A stretch of DNA of 64,000 nt, from assembly GCA_050253415.1 (NCBI GenBank), contig JBFWJC010000002.1:288001-352000 (forward strand), written 5' to 3'. Shown here piece after piece: positions 51,996 through 62,565 of this stretch; the stretch's first letter is position 1, and the number at the start of each line of letters is the position of its first letter. The stretch comes from Pedobacter sp. (GTDB taxonomy: Bacteria; Desulfobacterota; Desulfuromonadia; Desulfuromonadales; Syntrophotaleaceae). The notes below the pieces were generated by a model. The model had not been told where the DNA came from. It saw only the letters and a program-made list of their open reading frames with translations, and searched no databases. The position numbers and the translations under genes were made by a program.

Positions 51996-54083
51996 TTGAA
52001 CGTCATTCGGCAGCTGAACTCTGGGGTGCATACGGCTGATGGGCTGGATGATGGTATCGAGCGCGCCATCGACTGGCTTGCCTATAACCAGGAAGAAGAG
52101 GGTTTCTGGGCCGGTAAACTGGAATCCAACTCGTGTATCGAAGCTGAGTGGATTCTGGCCATGCATTTCCTCGGGGTCAAGGACGATTCCAAATACGACA
52201 AGGTTGTGCAAGCGGTACTTAATGAGCAGCGTAAAGACGGTTCATGGGCTGTCTACCACGATGCTCCGGCAGGTGATATCAATGCCACTGTTGAAGCCTA
52301 TGCAGCGTTGCGAACAGCCGGATACGGACCTGATCACGAACGTCTTGTAAGGGCTCGCCGCTGGATTTTCGAACATGGCGGTCTGAAAAATGTGCGAGTG
52401 TTTACTCGTTACTGGCTTGCCTTGATCGGTGAGTGGCCATGGGAAGAAACCCCGGCGCTCGCGGCGGAGATTATCTATCTGCCCTCGTGGTGCCCGCTTA
52501 ATATCTATGATTTCGCTTGTTGGGCACGGGCTACTCTGGTGCCGTTGAGTATCCTTTCGGTGCGACGACCGGTAAAACAGCTTCCTCCTGAAAGCCGCCT
52601 CGACGAGTTGTTCCCTGAGGGGCGGGAAAATGCGGATTACAGCCTTCCTGAGAGTGAAAAGGGTCTGGCTGAGCGCTTTTTCCTGGTCGTGGATTGGTTC
52701 CTTAAAAAATACAATCGCCTGCCGGTGCAGTTTGGGCGCGAAAAAGCCATCCGGCTGTGTCTGGAGTGGATTGTCAAGCATCAGGATTATGATGGGGGTT
52801 GGGGCGGTATTCAGCCACCGTTGATCTATTCGCTGATTGCACTCCATGTTGAAGGCTATGCGCTCAACCACCCCGTCGTCAGCAAAGGGCTGGATGCATT
52901 TAATCCCCCCTGGGCTTATGAAAAGAACGGCGGGATCTATCTGCAGTGCAGTGAATCTCCGGTGTGGGATACTCTGTTTACGATGCTGGCCCTGTTTGAA
53001 AGCGGTTGTACCTTCGAGAATACGCCAATGATGCGTCCTGCTCTTGACTGGATTCTCAGCAAGCAGATCACCAGTTGGGGCGACTGGCAGGTTAAGATTC
53101 GTGGGGTGCGTCCGGGCGGCTGGGCCTTTGAACGGGCCAATACGGCTTATCCCGATGTGGACGATACGGCTCTGGCATTGGTGGTGCTGGCTGAAGCCCG
53201 TCGCCACCTGGAAGATCCCTCCGCTGTCGACAGGGCTCTTGAGCGTGCTGAAGAGTGGATTCTTGGTCTGCAGTGTAAAAACGGTGGCTGGGCGGCTTTC
53301 GATCGTGATAATAACAGCGTAATCGTCACCAAGATCCCTTTCTGTGATTTTGGGGAGGTTCTCGACCCGCCAAGTGTCGATGTTACCGCGCATGTGGTGG
53401 AAGCTCTTGCCGCCGTTGGCCGTGATAAGCATGATCCGGTGGTGGCCAAGGCTCTGAAGTATATCCGGAGCGAACAGGAACCTGAAGGCAGTTGGTTCGG
53501 GCGCTGGGGTGTTAATCATATCTATGGTACCGGCGCCGTGTTGCCCGCCCTGGCAGCTATTGGCGAGGATATGAGTGCTCCCTATGTTCTGCGCGCTGCC
53601 GACTGGCTGGTCGATCATCAGAATCCGGATGGCGGCTGGGGTGAAAGCTGCGCTTCCTATATGGATGACAGTTGGCGTGGCAAGGGGCCGAGTACCGCTT
53701 CCCAGACCGGATGGGCTTTGATGGCGCTGGTGTCGGTGGGCAGTGATGCTTATGAAGCCGCCATTCGCCGGGGGCTCGACTACCTGCTGACCCATCAGAA
53801 GTCCGGCACCTGGGATGAGCCGCAGTATACCGGAACCGGTTTTCCCGGCTATGGTGTGGGGGAACGCACCAACCTCAAGGAGGCCGGTGCCACCCTTGAC
53901 CAGGGTTGTGAGCTGGCTCGCGGCTTTATGATTAATTACAACATGTATCGGCATTATTTCCCTCTGATCGCCATGGCGCGGGCGCGTCGTCATCTCGGAC
54001 TGGCCGTGAATCCGCATGGCCGGGATTTTTCCGAGGAGATGCCTGTCCTCTCTGAAATTTTGCCCGGCAGAGCCTGCGGGTAG
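51996..54083 (+). CDS. shc: Squalene-hopene cyclase
   Basis: YPDVDDTA (DXDD), QW repeats (QRKDGSW, QDYDGGW, QCKNGGW, QEPEGSW, QNPDGGW), RVFTRYWLAL. TTG start after AGGAGG chosen. Confidence 0.95.
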   Translation: MNVIRQLNSGVHTADGLDDGIERAIDWLAYNQEEEGFWAGKLESNSCIEAEWILAMHFLGVKDDSKYDKVVQAVLNEQRKDGSWAVYHDAPAGDINATVEAYAALRTAGYGPDHERLVRARRWIFEHGGLKNVRVFTRYWLALIGEWPWEETPALAAEIIYLPSWCPLNIYDFACWARATLVPLSILSVRRPVKQLPPESRLDELFPEGRENADYSLPESEKGLAERFFLVVDWFLKKYNRLPVQFGREKAIRLCLEWIVKHQDYDGGWGGIQPPLIYSLIALHVEGYALNHPVVSKGLDAFNPPWAYEKNGGIYLQCSESPVWDTLFTMLALFESGCTFENTPMMRPALDWILSKQITSWGDWQVKIRGVRPGGWAFERANTAYPDVDDTALALVVLAEARRHLEDPSAVDRALERAEEWILGLQCKNGGWAAFDRDNNSVIVTKIPFCDFGEVLDPPSVDVTAHVVEALAAVGRDKHDPVVAKALKYIRSEQEPEGSWFGRWGVNHIYGTGAVLPALAAIGEDMSAPYVLRAADWLVDHQNPDGGWGESCASYMDDSWRGKGPSTASQTGWALMALVSVGSDAYEAAIRRGLDYLLTHQKSGTWDEPQYTGTGFPGYGVGERTNLKEAGATLDQGCELARGFMINYNMYRHYFPLIAMARARRHLGLAVNPHGRDFSEEMPVLSEILPGRACG

Positions 54084-54115
54084 TTATTCTGGTCGGTTTC
54101 AATAAGGGTATCCTC

Positions 54116-54148
54116 AAAGCCGTTCGCGTTTATGCGAACGGCTTTTTT
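54116..54148 (+). terminator. Intrinsic terminator after shc
   Basis: aaagccgttcgc-gtttat-gcgaacggc-tttttt. Confidence 0.85.
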
Positions 54149-54362
54149 GTTAACATCGAGATGCCCGGAAAACAGCTTGCGAATGAACGATCTCCTGATT
54201 ACATTGGAAATAAAATGATTTTACCGTAGTACATGGGTCGTTCCAACTTATCGAAATGATATATGGAAGAGTCTGGAAGCGCTCCCTTTTCTCCGTTTGG
54301 CGTAGGGGTGAAGCCCGGATGTGAAGGTTCTGTGCTCCGCAATAAGCAAGGAGTTAGTAATC

Positions 54363-55841
54363 ATGAAGGAGTCCAGTCAGGAACAAGATTATGGTTCCCT
54401 TCCTGTCCCGGCGCCTGACCTGGTCCTTGCCGAGGGCCCTGGCGAGCATTGGCAGGTGCGGGCCATGTCGGGTTCGTTGGCCGGGCGACTGGGGCTCGAT
54501 GCAGTCCTGGCTGTCGGGCGCTTCGTTGACCATGTGTTGCCTGCTGCCGTGCCATCCTTGGCGGCGGTGGCCAGCGATGCTGTATGTGCCGGGCGTGCCT
54601 TGCTGAATATTCGGGTCCGGCTAACAGCTCGTGGAGAATTGTGGTCCGTCGATGTGCGCCCTTTAGGTTTGGGCGAGGACTTTCGTGGCCGCGAAGTGGC
54701 GCTCGTGTTCCGAGCTCTGGATGTGGCCGCCAGAGAAGAGCCGATTTCGCTATACGGTATGGTTGGCAACAGCCCGGCGATTCGCGAAGTGTTCCGCAAG
54801 ATCGGGCTATTCGCTCCCTCAGACGCTGCGGTGGTGATTACCGGTGAAACCGGTACCGGTAAGGAGCTGGTTGCGCGTGCCCTGCACGACCAGAGCCTGC
54901 GCCCAGATGGGCCTTTCGTTGCGGTCAACTGTTCAGCGATCTCGGAGGAATTGCTTGAATCGGAATTATTCGGCCACGAAAAAGGGGCGTTTACCGGAGC
55001 CGTGCGTACCCACCGGGGGCGTTTTGAGCGGGCGGATGGCGGCACCTTGTTTCTGGATGAGATAGGCGATATGCCCCTCGGTACCCAGGCAAAATTGCTG
55101 CGGGTTCTGGAGGAGGGGAAGATCGAGCGGGTTGGGGCGGAAAGGGAGCAGAGAGTCGATGTGCGCATCGTCGCCGCAACCAATGTGCCGTTGGAGCAGG
55201 CTGTTGGTATGGGGCGATTCCGGCCCGACCTTTACCACCGCATCTCCGTATTGCGCATTCACTTGCCGCCATTGCGCGAGCGTGTCGAGGATATCCCTTA
55301 TCTGGTGGAGCATTTTTTGAATCTGTTTGCGCGCAAGTACGGTCGCCGTATTTACCGTCTGACGCCGGAAGCGGTCGGCTTGCTGCAATCGTATCTATGG
55401 CCGGGCAATATTCGTGAATTGCGTAATGTGCTGGAACGGGTGTTTATCGAAACCCGGGCCGATGTTATCGGCGCGCGGGCTTTTGGCGAATGGATACGGG
55501 AGCGCCAGGACTTTTTGGCGCAGTCCCGTGATGGTCGGGGCCAGAGGCAGTCATCTTTGCCGGCGGTAGTGCTTCCCCGGAGTGTGGAGCGCAGCGCGGA
55601 GACGGATGCCGGTTCAGGGTCTGCGGTACTGGAGGCTGAATTCTATTCCACCGCGGAGCATGTTCGTTCCACGCGCCCGGTCAATCTGACGGCAGAGGAG
55701 ATTCTTCGCGCCTATGGCGATGCTCACGGCAATCTGGCCGATGCGGCTCGCCGGCTTGGGGTGCATCGCGCCACTCTTTATCGTTATATGCAAAAACTCG
55801 GACTGTCGCGCACGGTCCTTGATGAAAGTGGGGGCACGTGA
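54363..55841 (+). CDS. Sigma54-dependent activator (degenerate PAS-like N-terminus, AAA+, Fis HTH)
   Basis: [53 protein letters not shown]; no receiver domain. Confidence 0.92.
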   Translation: MKESSQEQDYGSLPVPAPDLVLAEGPGEHWQVRAMSGSLAGRLGLDAVLAVGRFVDHVLPAAVPSLAAVASDAVCAGRALLNIRVRLTARGELWSVDVRPLGLGEDFRGREVALVFRALDVAAREEPISLYGMVGNSPAIREVFRKIGLFAPSDAAVVITGETGTGKELVARALHDQSLRPDGPFVAVNCSAISEELLESELFGHEKGAFTGAVRTHRGRFERADGGTLFLDEIGDMPLGTQAKLLRVLEEGKIERVGAEREQRVDVRIVAATNVPLEQAVGMGRFRPDLYHRISVLRIHLPPLRERVEDIPYLVEHFLNLFARKYGRRIYRLTPEAVGLLQSYLWPGNIRELRNVLERVFIETRADVIGARAFGEWIRERQDFLAQSRDGRGQRQSSLPAVVLPRSVERSAETDAGSGSAVLEAEFYSTAEHVRSTRPVNLTAEEILRAYGDAHGNLADAARRLGVHRATLYRYMQKLGLSRTVLDESGGT

Positions 55842-55842
55842 G

Positions 55843-55926
55843 TGTCGCAAGCTGTTTATCTGCAAGCTTGTGACGTTGCAAATGAAACTTGCGACATAGA
55901 GGTGCGACGTCGCAAGCTTGTGTAAC
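55843..55926 (+). promoter_or_regulatory. Candidate enhancer (repeated TGCGAC/GTCGCA half-sites)
   Basis: TGTCGCAAG (55843) and its exact inverse CTTGCGACA (55888); palindrome TGCGACGTCGCA (55903). Confidence 0.65.
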
Positions 55927-55983
55927 TTTATGTTTGTTTTCTTAAGTACCCGAAAATATTGACTCTATTGTGGTTTGAAGAAG

Positions 55984-56000
55984 TTGGCACGATGGTTGTT
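55984..56000 (+). promoter_or_regulatory. Sigma54-type promoter for hsp20-hsp20-clpB
   Basis: TTGGCACGATGGTTGTT: consensus -24 box; -12 is TTGT instead of TTGC. Confidence 0.65.
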
Positions 56001-56061
56001 ATACTGAATAACCGGAAAGCGAACAAAAGATAGTCCGATAACAAACCACAAGGAGGACGAT

Positions 56062-56508
56062 ATGGCTAACTGGAACATTTACAAGGAAATGGAAAATCTC
56101 CGCCATGAGATCGATGAGGCTTTTCGGGGCTTCGGTGGGCGGGGTCTGTTCGGGCCGGCTTTTCATGCCGGGAGAGGCTTCCGCAGGCAGCCCCCGATCA
56201 ACCTCTACGGAGATGCGGAAAATCTTTATGTCGAAGTCCTGGTACCCGGCATGGAAGCGGATCAACTCGATCTTACAGTGCAGCAAAACGTTCTGACCGT
56301 CTCCGGCGAACGCAAGTTGGTCGAGGATAAAGACCGCACCTGGCATCGTCGCGAACGGGAAAACGGCAAGTTCGTCCGCACCCTTGAATTGCCGGTCGAT
56401 GTCGAAGCCGAGCAGGTCAAGGCCAGCTGTCGTAATGGTTTGCTGACCGTCACTTTGCCCAAGGCGGCCGCAGCTCGACCAAAAAAAATCAGTGTGGATG
56501 TAGCCTGA
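56062..56508 (+). CDS. Small heat-shock protein (Hsp20)
   Basis: PPINLY, LTVSGER, RRERENGKFVR, NGLLTVTLPK; AAGGAGG RBS. Confidence 0.93.
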   Translation: MANWNIYKEMENLRHEIDEAFRGFGGRGLFGPAFHAGRGFRRQPPINLYGDAENLYVEVLVPGMEADQLDLTVQQNVLTVSGERKLVEDKDRTWHRRERENGKFVRTLELPVDVEAEQVKASCRNGLLTVTLPKAAAARPKKISVDVA

Positions 56509-56558
56509 CGGTGCCTGGACAGACGACTATTGACGAGCCGACATAAAGGAGTAAAGCC

Positions 56559-56966
56559 ATGACGGATAAAAATTATGCAGTAAACAATGCAGAGGATAAA
56601 AAAACCGATCTCAGCCGTGAAGAAACCCGTGCCCCGGAGCGTTATGCGGTGCCGGCTGTCGATATTCTTGAAGGCGCCGATGGGCTGACCATGGTCATCG
56701 ATTTGCCGGGAGTGGAGCGTGATGATCTGACCATCGATCTGCACGAGGGGATTCTGACCATCGAAGGGCGGATTAAGTCTCATTCTCCGGCCGATGATAT
56801 CTATCGGGAGTTCACTCTGGCCAATTTCTATCGGCAGTTCAGGATTCCTGAAGGCATCGACCAGGAGAAGGTCAGTGCGGCCTATGCCAACGGGGTGCTT
56901 AACCTGCTGTTGCCGAGAGCCGCTGCGGCCAAGCCGCGACGCATCGAAATCACCTCGGGTGAATAA
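56559..56966 (+). CDS. Small heat-shock protein (Hsp20)
   Basis: PAVDI, DLPGV, FYRQF, NGVLNLLLP, PRRIEI. Confidence 0.93.
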   Translation: MTDKNYAVNNAEDKKTDLSREETRAPERYAVPAVDILEGADGLTMVIDLPGVERDDLTIDLHEGILTIEGRIKSHSPADDIYREFTLANFYRQFRIPEGIDQEKVSAAYANGVLNLLLPRAAAAKPRRIEITSGE

Positions 56967-57075
56967 AGAAAAACCTCTTACGGGACACTGGTGCAAACGG
57001 CCGGCAGGGTGACTCAACAGTAAATAGCAAACCCGGACCAGTCGGTCCGGGTTGAAGGAAGGAGTTGTACTTTTT

Positions 57076-59688
57076 ATGGATCTTAACAAGATGACTCAAA
57101 AAACCCAGGAGGCACTGCAGGCAGCGCAGGACATTGCTCTGAAACGCGGCCATGTGGAAGTCGACGGGGAACATTTACTGGCGGCCCTGCTGGAACAGGA
57201 AGGTGGCCTTGTGCCGCGCCTTCTGCAAAAGATGGATGTACAGGTCGATAAGCTGACGACGGTTGCTAAAAAGGAGTTGGATCGTCGGGCCAGCGTATCG
57301 GGGCCAGGGGTTGAGGGGGGCAAAATCTATGTCACCCAACGGCTCAACCGTCTGTTGCTCAAAGCTGAAGAAGAGGCCAAGCATCTGCGGGACGATTATG
57401 TCAGTGTCGAGCATCTGGTGTTGGCGCTGGTCGAGGAAGGGGAATCAACCGCTGCCGGCAAACTGTTCAAGCAGTTCAATATCACTCGCGACCGCTTGCT
57501 GGGGGCCTTGACGGCCATTCGCGGTAACCAGAGGGTGACCAGCCCCGATCCGGAAAACACCTATGAGGCTTTGGAAAAGTATGGCCGCGATCTGGTGCAG
57601 GAGGTAAAGAAAGGCAAGCTCGATCCGGTTATCGGCCGCGATGCGGAAATCCGGCGGGTGATCCGCATTCTGTCGCGCAAAACCAAGAACAATCCGGTGC
57701 TGATTGGCGAACCGGGGGTCGGCAAGACCGCCATCGTCGAAGGCCTGGCCCATCGCATCGTGCGGGGCGACGTGCCGGAAGGGCTTAAGAACAAGACCGT
57801 ATTCGCCCTGGACATGGGGGCTCTGGTGGCCGGCGCCAAATTTCGTGGCGAATTCGAGGAGCGCCTGAAGGCGGTGCTGAACGAAATCCGTTCCAGCGAA
57901 GGGCGTATCCTGCTGTTCATCGACGAGTTGCATACCATCGTCGGGGCCGGCAAGGCCGAGGGCTCCATGGATACCGGCAACATGCTCAAGCCGATGCTGG
58001 CGCGCGGTGAGCTGCACTGCGTCGGTGCCACCACCTTGGATGAATACCGCAAATACATCGAAAAGGATGCGGCTCTCGAGCGTCGGTTCCAGCCGGTGCT
58101 GGTGGAACAGCCGACCGTAGAGGATACCATCAGTATCCTGCGCGGACTCAAGGAACGTTTCGAGGTTTTTCACGGGGTGCGTATTCAGGATAACTCCCTG
58201 GTGGCGGCGGCCACGCTGAGCAACCGCTACATCTCCGACCGGTTTTTGCCTGACAAGGCCATCGACCTGGTGGATGAGGCCTGTGCCACCATCCGCACCG
58301 AGATCGATTCTTTGCCGGCAGAACTGGACGAGGTCACGCGGCGTGTCATGCAGCTGGAGATCGAAGAAGCGGCGCTGAAAAAGGAAAAGGACTCGGCCAG
58401 CAAGGCGCGCCTGGAAACGTTGCGCAAGGAACTGGCCGATCTCAAGCATCAGGCCGACGTGTTGACGGCCCAGTGGGACAGGGAAAAGGGCGCGATCAAA
58501 GGCGTGCAGGGTCTGCGTGAGCAGATCGAGCAGGTGCGTCAGCAGATCGAAGTTGCCGAGCGCAATTACGATCTCAACCGCGCGGCCGAGCTCAAGCACG
58601 GCCAACTGCCCGAACTGGAGCGACGTCTGCGCGAGCAGGAGCAAGGCTCGGCCGAAGAAGGCGGCGGCGCGCGGTTGCTGCGCGAGGAAGTCACGGAAGA
58701 GGAAATTGCCGAGATCGTTTCGCGTTGGACCGGTATTCCGGTCACGCGACTGGTCGAAGGCGAACGGGAAAAATTGCTGAAACTTGACGAGGTGCTGCAC
58801 CGTCGGGTGGTCGGCCAGGACGAGGCGGTGCAGTTGGTGGCCGACGCCGTGATTCGCGCACGCGCCGGCATCAAGGATCCGCGTCGCCCCATCGGTTCGT
58901 TTATCTTCCTGGGACCGACGGGGGTTGGCAAGACCGAGCTGGCCCGCACTCTGGCGGAAGCCCTGTTCGACAGCGAAGACAACATGGTGCGCATCGACAT
59001 GTCGGAATACATGGAAAAACACACTGTCAGTCGCCTGATCGGCGCGCCTCCCGGTTATGTCGGCTACGAAGAGGGTGGGCAGCTCACCGAAGCGGTACGC
59101 CGCAAACCCTACTCGGTCATCCTCTTCGACGAGATCGAAAAGGCCCATCACGATGTGTTTAACGTGTTGTTGCAGATTCTCGATGACGGGCGAGTGACCG
59201 ACGCACAGGGGCGCACGGTTGATTTCAAGAACACGGTTATCATCCTGACCTCCAATATCGGGTCGCAATATCTGCTGGAGGGGGTCAGCTCCGAAGGGGA
59301 GATCCGCGAAGAAGCCGGCAAGGCGGTTATGGCCGAATTGCGACATCACTTCCGGCCGGAGTTTCTCAACCGCGTGGATGATATCGTGTTGTTCAAGCCT
59401 CTGTCGCGCGAGGAGATCAAGCGCATCATCTCTCTGCTGGCAACCGACCTGCGCAAGCGACTGGCCGATCGGCGCATCGGTCTTGAACTTACCGAGGCCG
59501 CCTGCGACTTCATTGCCCGCGAAGCCTATGATCCGGTTTATGGCGCACGGCCCTTGAAGCGCTACCTGCAGCATCATCTGGAAACCCGCATCGGTCGCGC
59601 CCTGATTGGCGGCGATATTCACGAAGGAGCCACCATTAAGGTTGATGAGCAGGGTGGGGAATTGGTGGTTACGCCGATGAATCCTTAG
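57076..59688 (+). CDS. clpB: ATP-dependent disaggregase ClpB
   Basis: Two AAA+ modules ([16 protein letters not shown]), coiled-coil middle domain, [19 protein letters not shown]. Confidence 0.97.
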   Translation: MDLNKMTQKTQEALQAAQDIALKRGHVEVDGEHLLAALLEQEGGLVPRLLQKMDVQVDKLTTVAKKELDRRASVSGPGVEGGKIYVTQRLNRLLLKAEEEAKHLRDDYVSVEHLVLALVEEGESTAAGKLFKQFNITRDRLLGALTAIRGNQRVTSPDPENTYEALEKYGRDLVQEVKKGKLDPVIGRDAEIRRVIRILSRKTKNNPVLIGEPGVGKTAIVEGLAHRIVRGDVPEGLKNKTVFALDMGALVAGAKFRGEFEERLKAVLNEIRSSEGRILLFIDELHTIVGAGKAEGSMDTGNMLKPMLARGELHCVGATTLDEYRKYIEKDAALERRFQPVLVEQPTVEDTISILRGLKERFEVFHGVRIQDNSLVAAATLSNRYISDRFLPDKAIDLVDEACATIRTEIDSLPAELDEVTRRVMQLEIEEAALKKEKDSASKARLETLRKELADLKHQADVLTAQWDREKGAIKGVQGLREQIEQVRQQIEVAERNYDLNRAAELKHGQLPELERRLREQEQGSAEEGGGARLLREEVTEEEIAEIVSRWTGIPVTRLVEGEREKLLKLDEVLHRRVVGQDEAVQLVADAVIRARAGIKDPRRPIGSFIFLGPTGVGKTELARTLAEALFDSEDNMVRIDMSEYMEKHTVSRLIGAPPGYVGYEEGGQLTEAVRRKPYSVILFDEIEKAHHDVFNVLLQILDDGRVTDAQGRTVDFKNTVIILTSNIGSQYLLEGVSSEGEIREEAGKAVMAELRHHFRPEFLNRVDDIVLFKPLSREEIKRIISLLATDLRKRLADRRIGLELTEAACDFIAREAYDPVYGARPLKRYLQHHLETRIGRALIGGDIHEGATIKVDEQGGELVVTPMNP

Positions 59689-59722
59689 GTGTGATGTAAA
59701 ATTCGAACGCTAGATCGATAAG

Positions 59723-59755
59723 AAAAAATCCCCGCCTCATCAGCGGGGATTTTTT
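59723..59755. terminator. Bidirectional intrinsic terminator
   Basis: aaaaaatccccgc-ctcatca-gcggggatttttt between convergent clpB and the response regulator. Confidence 0.85.
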
Positions 59756-59776
59756 GTTGGTGTTCGGTGACTATGT

Positions 59777-59902
59777 GCTCCCAGCTCCCAGCTCCCAGCT
59801 CCCAGCTCCCAGCTCCCAGCTCCCAGCTCCCAGCTCCCAGCTCCCAGCTCCCAGCTTACAGCTTACAGCTTACAGCTTACAGCTTACAGCTTACAGCTTA
59901 CA
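59777..59902 (+). repeat. Compound heptamer array (GCTCCCA)x11 then (GCTTACA)x7
   Basis: Exact units counted: 59777-59853 and 59854-59902; the last unit contains the stop codon of the minus-strand gene. Confidence 0.97.
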
Positions 59903-60593
59903 GCCCTGTTTCCGCCGGTTCATATTTATATCCAACGCTATAGACAGAGCGAATCAGGTCTTCGCCGGGAGCAGCTACGTCGATTTTTTTGCGAAGTTTT
60001 TTGATGTGGCTATCGATAGTACGGTCGGAGACGATGCGGCGGTCGGTATAAATGCGATCCATGAGTTGTTCGCGGGAAAAGATGCGCCCAGGGTGGGCCG
60101 CCAGGTGTTGCAGCAGCTTGAATTCAACCGCGGTCAGGTCCAGCTTTTGGCCATGGAGGGTGGCGTGCAGGCTGGCCTCCTCCAACACCAGTCCCTGCTC
60201 GTGCAGGGTTGTCTGGCTACCGCTTCGTCGCAATACTGCTTTGACGCGGGCCACCACTTCTCGGGTGCTGAAGGGTTTGCAGATGTAGTCGTCGGCCCCC
60301 AGTTCCAATCCCAACAGCCGATCGATTTCCTCTATGCGGGCAGTCACCATGATGATCGGCACCTCGGAAAAGCTACGGATTTCCTTGCAGATCTCCATGC
60401 CGTCACGTCCCGGTAGCATCAGATCGAGAAGGATCAGCGCCGGATGATTTTCTCTTACCCAGGGCACTGCGGCCAGACCGTCGCCCAGAATGTGAGGTTC
60501 AAAGTTTGACTGCCGCAGGTAGTCTGCCATCAATGCTGCCAAGCGGGATTCGTCTTCGACAATCAGTATCCGATTATTCATGGTTTTATCCAT
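59898..60593 (-). CDS. baeR: OmpR-family response regulator, BaeR-like
   Basis: ILIVEDE, LLDLMLPG, EEIDRLLGLELGADDYICKPFS, DRTIDSHIKKLR. Confidence 0.85.
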   Translation of the reverse strand: MDKTMNNRILIVEDESRLAALMADYLRQSNFEPHILGDGLAAVPWVRENHPALILLDLMLPGRDGMEICKEIRSFSEVPIIMVTARIEEIDRLLGLELGADDYICKPFSTREVVARVKAVLRRSGSQTTLHEQGLVLEEASLHATLHGQKLDLTAVEFKLLQHLAAHPGRIFSREQLMDRIYTDRRIVSDRTIDSHIKKLRKKIDVAAPGEDLIRSVYSVGYKYEPAETGL

Positions 60594-62034
60594 TTAATGG
60601 CAGGGTTATGGCAATCCATAGACCGCCCAGGGGGGAGGGGCGCGCATCGATAGTGCCGTCATGCGCCTCGACAATGTTTTTGCACAGAGCCAGGCCGAGT
60701 CCGGCACCGCCATGTTCACGGCTACGAGAACTTTCCACCCGGTAAAGGCGGTCAAACAGTTTATCCAGGGAATCCTCCGGCACACCCGGCGCCGAATCCT
60801 GAAAATTCAATTGCACCCTGGCGTCCCGCGCAGCGACGGAAATCTGCAATTGCCCGCCCGGATTTGTATATCGCAGGGTGTTCTTCAGGAGATTGGAGAA
60901 AAGCTGACTCAAACGTTCGGGGTCGCCAAGGATGGGCACTGTTGAAGGTACATCCCGCAGGGGGAGCAGGGTCAGCCCTCTGTCCGCGAATTGAGCGCGG
61001 TGGGCGTCAAGGGACTGCCGCAAAATCTCCACCAGGTTTACATCCGTTTTTCTGTATTGCATGGCGCCGATGTCGCTCATGGATAATTCATAAAGATCCC
61101 CGACCAGGCGTTCCAGTCGCAAAACCTCACCATGCAGGGTGTCCAGCGTTTGCGGGGAGAGTTTGCGCACGCCGTCCTGGACGGCTTCGATTTCTCCTCT
61201 GAGAACTGCCAGCGGTGTGCGCAGTTCGTGCGAAATATCAGCTACCCAGCGGCGGCGGAGTTGTTCGTTGCTTTCAAGTGTTTGCGCCAGGGAATTGAAA
61301 TCCCGCGCCAGTTGTCCCAGTTCGTCGCCGGCCACGGCGTTTACCCGGATGTCGTAGCGACCTTTTGTCAGGCGGTGGGTCGCTGCCGCAAGGGTGGTGA
61401 TGCGTTGCACCATGCGTCGCGACAAGGGAAACGAAAGCAGTGCCGCCGCGCCCGCTACAATGAGGGAGATTATGACCATGGAACGGCGCTGTTCGGCGGC
61501 AAATCGTTGCTGGTGGGTATCGATAATAATCTTGGGCGGTATTAATCCCAGGTAGCCGACGGTTTGGTTATGGAGGATAAGGGTGCGGTAGGCGACCTTG
61601 TTTGCGGGATCGCGTGGGGAAATGATCGGTTGCCGGCCAGCATCCAGCAGACTGATCCGCCATTCGAACATCTGGTGTCTGGGAAGTGGCCCTTTGGGTG
61701 GCGGTGGCGGCAGGATTCTGGGTGAATCCTCGTTCATCCACCGTTCCGTTTCATTGGGGTCCATGGCCGGCAGATTCTGTTGGTGGCGACTGGTGGCTAC
61801 CAAGTGCATCCAGTTGAGCGGGTTGTCACGTAAAAAGTCCCAATTACCATGCTGTTCGTAGGAATCCTTGAGCAATGCTTCCAAGCGTGCGAGGTGTTCT
61901 TGCTCGGTGGTATTGACGTAGCGCAGCAGGCTGCGTTCAAAACTGAACTTGGTGATCGCGAACATGCTTACGACCACAAGCACGGTTGCAGCAAAAAATG
62001 AGAGAAATAAGCGATGTTTGATGCGTAATTTCAT
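60586..62034 (-). CDS. baeS: Sensor histidine kinase, BaeS-like
   Basis: Two TM segments, HAMP (DELGQLARDFN), ADISHELRTPL, NTLRYT, DSAPGV, GAGLGL. Confidence 0.85.
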   Translation of the reverse strand: MKLRIKHRLFLSFFAATVLVVVSMFAITKFSFERSLLRYVNTTEQEHLARLEALLKDSYEQHGNWDFLRDNPLNWMHLVATSRHQQNLPAMDPNETERWMNEDSPRILPPPPPKGPLPRHQMFEWRISLLDAGRQPIISPRDPANKVAYRTLILHNQTVGYLGLIPPKIIIDTHQQRFAAEQRRSMVIISLIVAGAAALLSFPLSRRMVQRITTLAAATHRLTKGRYDIRVNAVAGDELGQLARDFNSLAQTLESNEQLRRRWVADISHELRTPLAVLRGEIEAVQDGVRKLSPQTLDTLHGEVLRLERLVGDLYELSMSDIGAMQYRKTDVNLVEILRQSLDAHRAQFADRGLTLLPLRDVPSTVPILGDPERLSQLFSNLLKNTLRYTNPGGQLQISVAARDARVQLNFQDSAPGVPEDSLDKLFDRLYRVESSRSREHGGAGLGLALCKNIVEAHDGTIDARPSPLGGLWIAITLPLNG

Positions 62035-62237
62035 GGATTGCCCTTATGGTTTTCGCGGCGGTTTTTCCTTCTAATACCATAACTTTTGTTAGGCAGGCTA
62101 GCTGGATGCGGGATGCTTTGTGTATTTCCGCATTTCTTGCATATTTTCTTCAATTTATCAGCATAAGCTTGCAACCGTAAACCAGTTGAGGATCTGCTGG
62201 CCGGTGCGCGGATCATTTTGCCGACAAGGAGAAAGCT

Positions 62238-62513
62238 ATGCGTCGAAAACGGTTGAGATATTTTTTATCGGGTTTGTTGTTGCTTGCACTGTTGCCGTCT
62301 GTGGGGTTGGCCTTCGGTGGGTCGGACAACGGGAAACGTCCTCCTGAGCCTCCTCCGGAAGCTTATGCAGCCTGTAAGGGTAAAGAGGATGGCGACAATG
62401 TTGTGCTGAAGGGGCCTCATGGCGAAACCATGAAGGCGGTGTGTCGTGAGCAAGGCAATCGTCTGGTTGCGGTGCCGTCAGGTCGGCCACCTGCGCCGGG
62501 GAATCAACCGTAG
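62238..62513 (+). CDS. Small exported Pro-rich protein
   Basis: Signal peptide; PPPEAYAACKGK...C motif; AAGGAG RBS. Confidence 0.7.
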   Translation: MRRKRLRYFLSGLLLLALLPSVGLAFGGSDNGKRPPEPPPEAYAACKGKEDGDNVVLKGPHGETMKAVCREQGNRLVAVPSGRPPAPGNQP

Positions 62514-62565
62514 CGATAGTGCAACAAAGCCCGAAAAATGGAAACAAGGCTGAAAGGAGCCTGAA

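Noticed and set aside
52242..54017. 591-aa minus-strand ORF
   Set aside because: Antisense shadow of shc.
57445..59622. 725-aa minus-strand ORF
   Set aside because: Antisense shadow of clpB caused by GC-rich codon bias; no motifs of its own.
59754..60416. ORF with PAPSSQL/LTAYSLQ repeats
   Set aside because: Translation of the heptamer array plus antisense of the response regulator.
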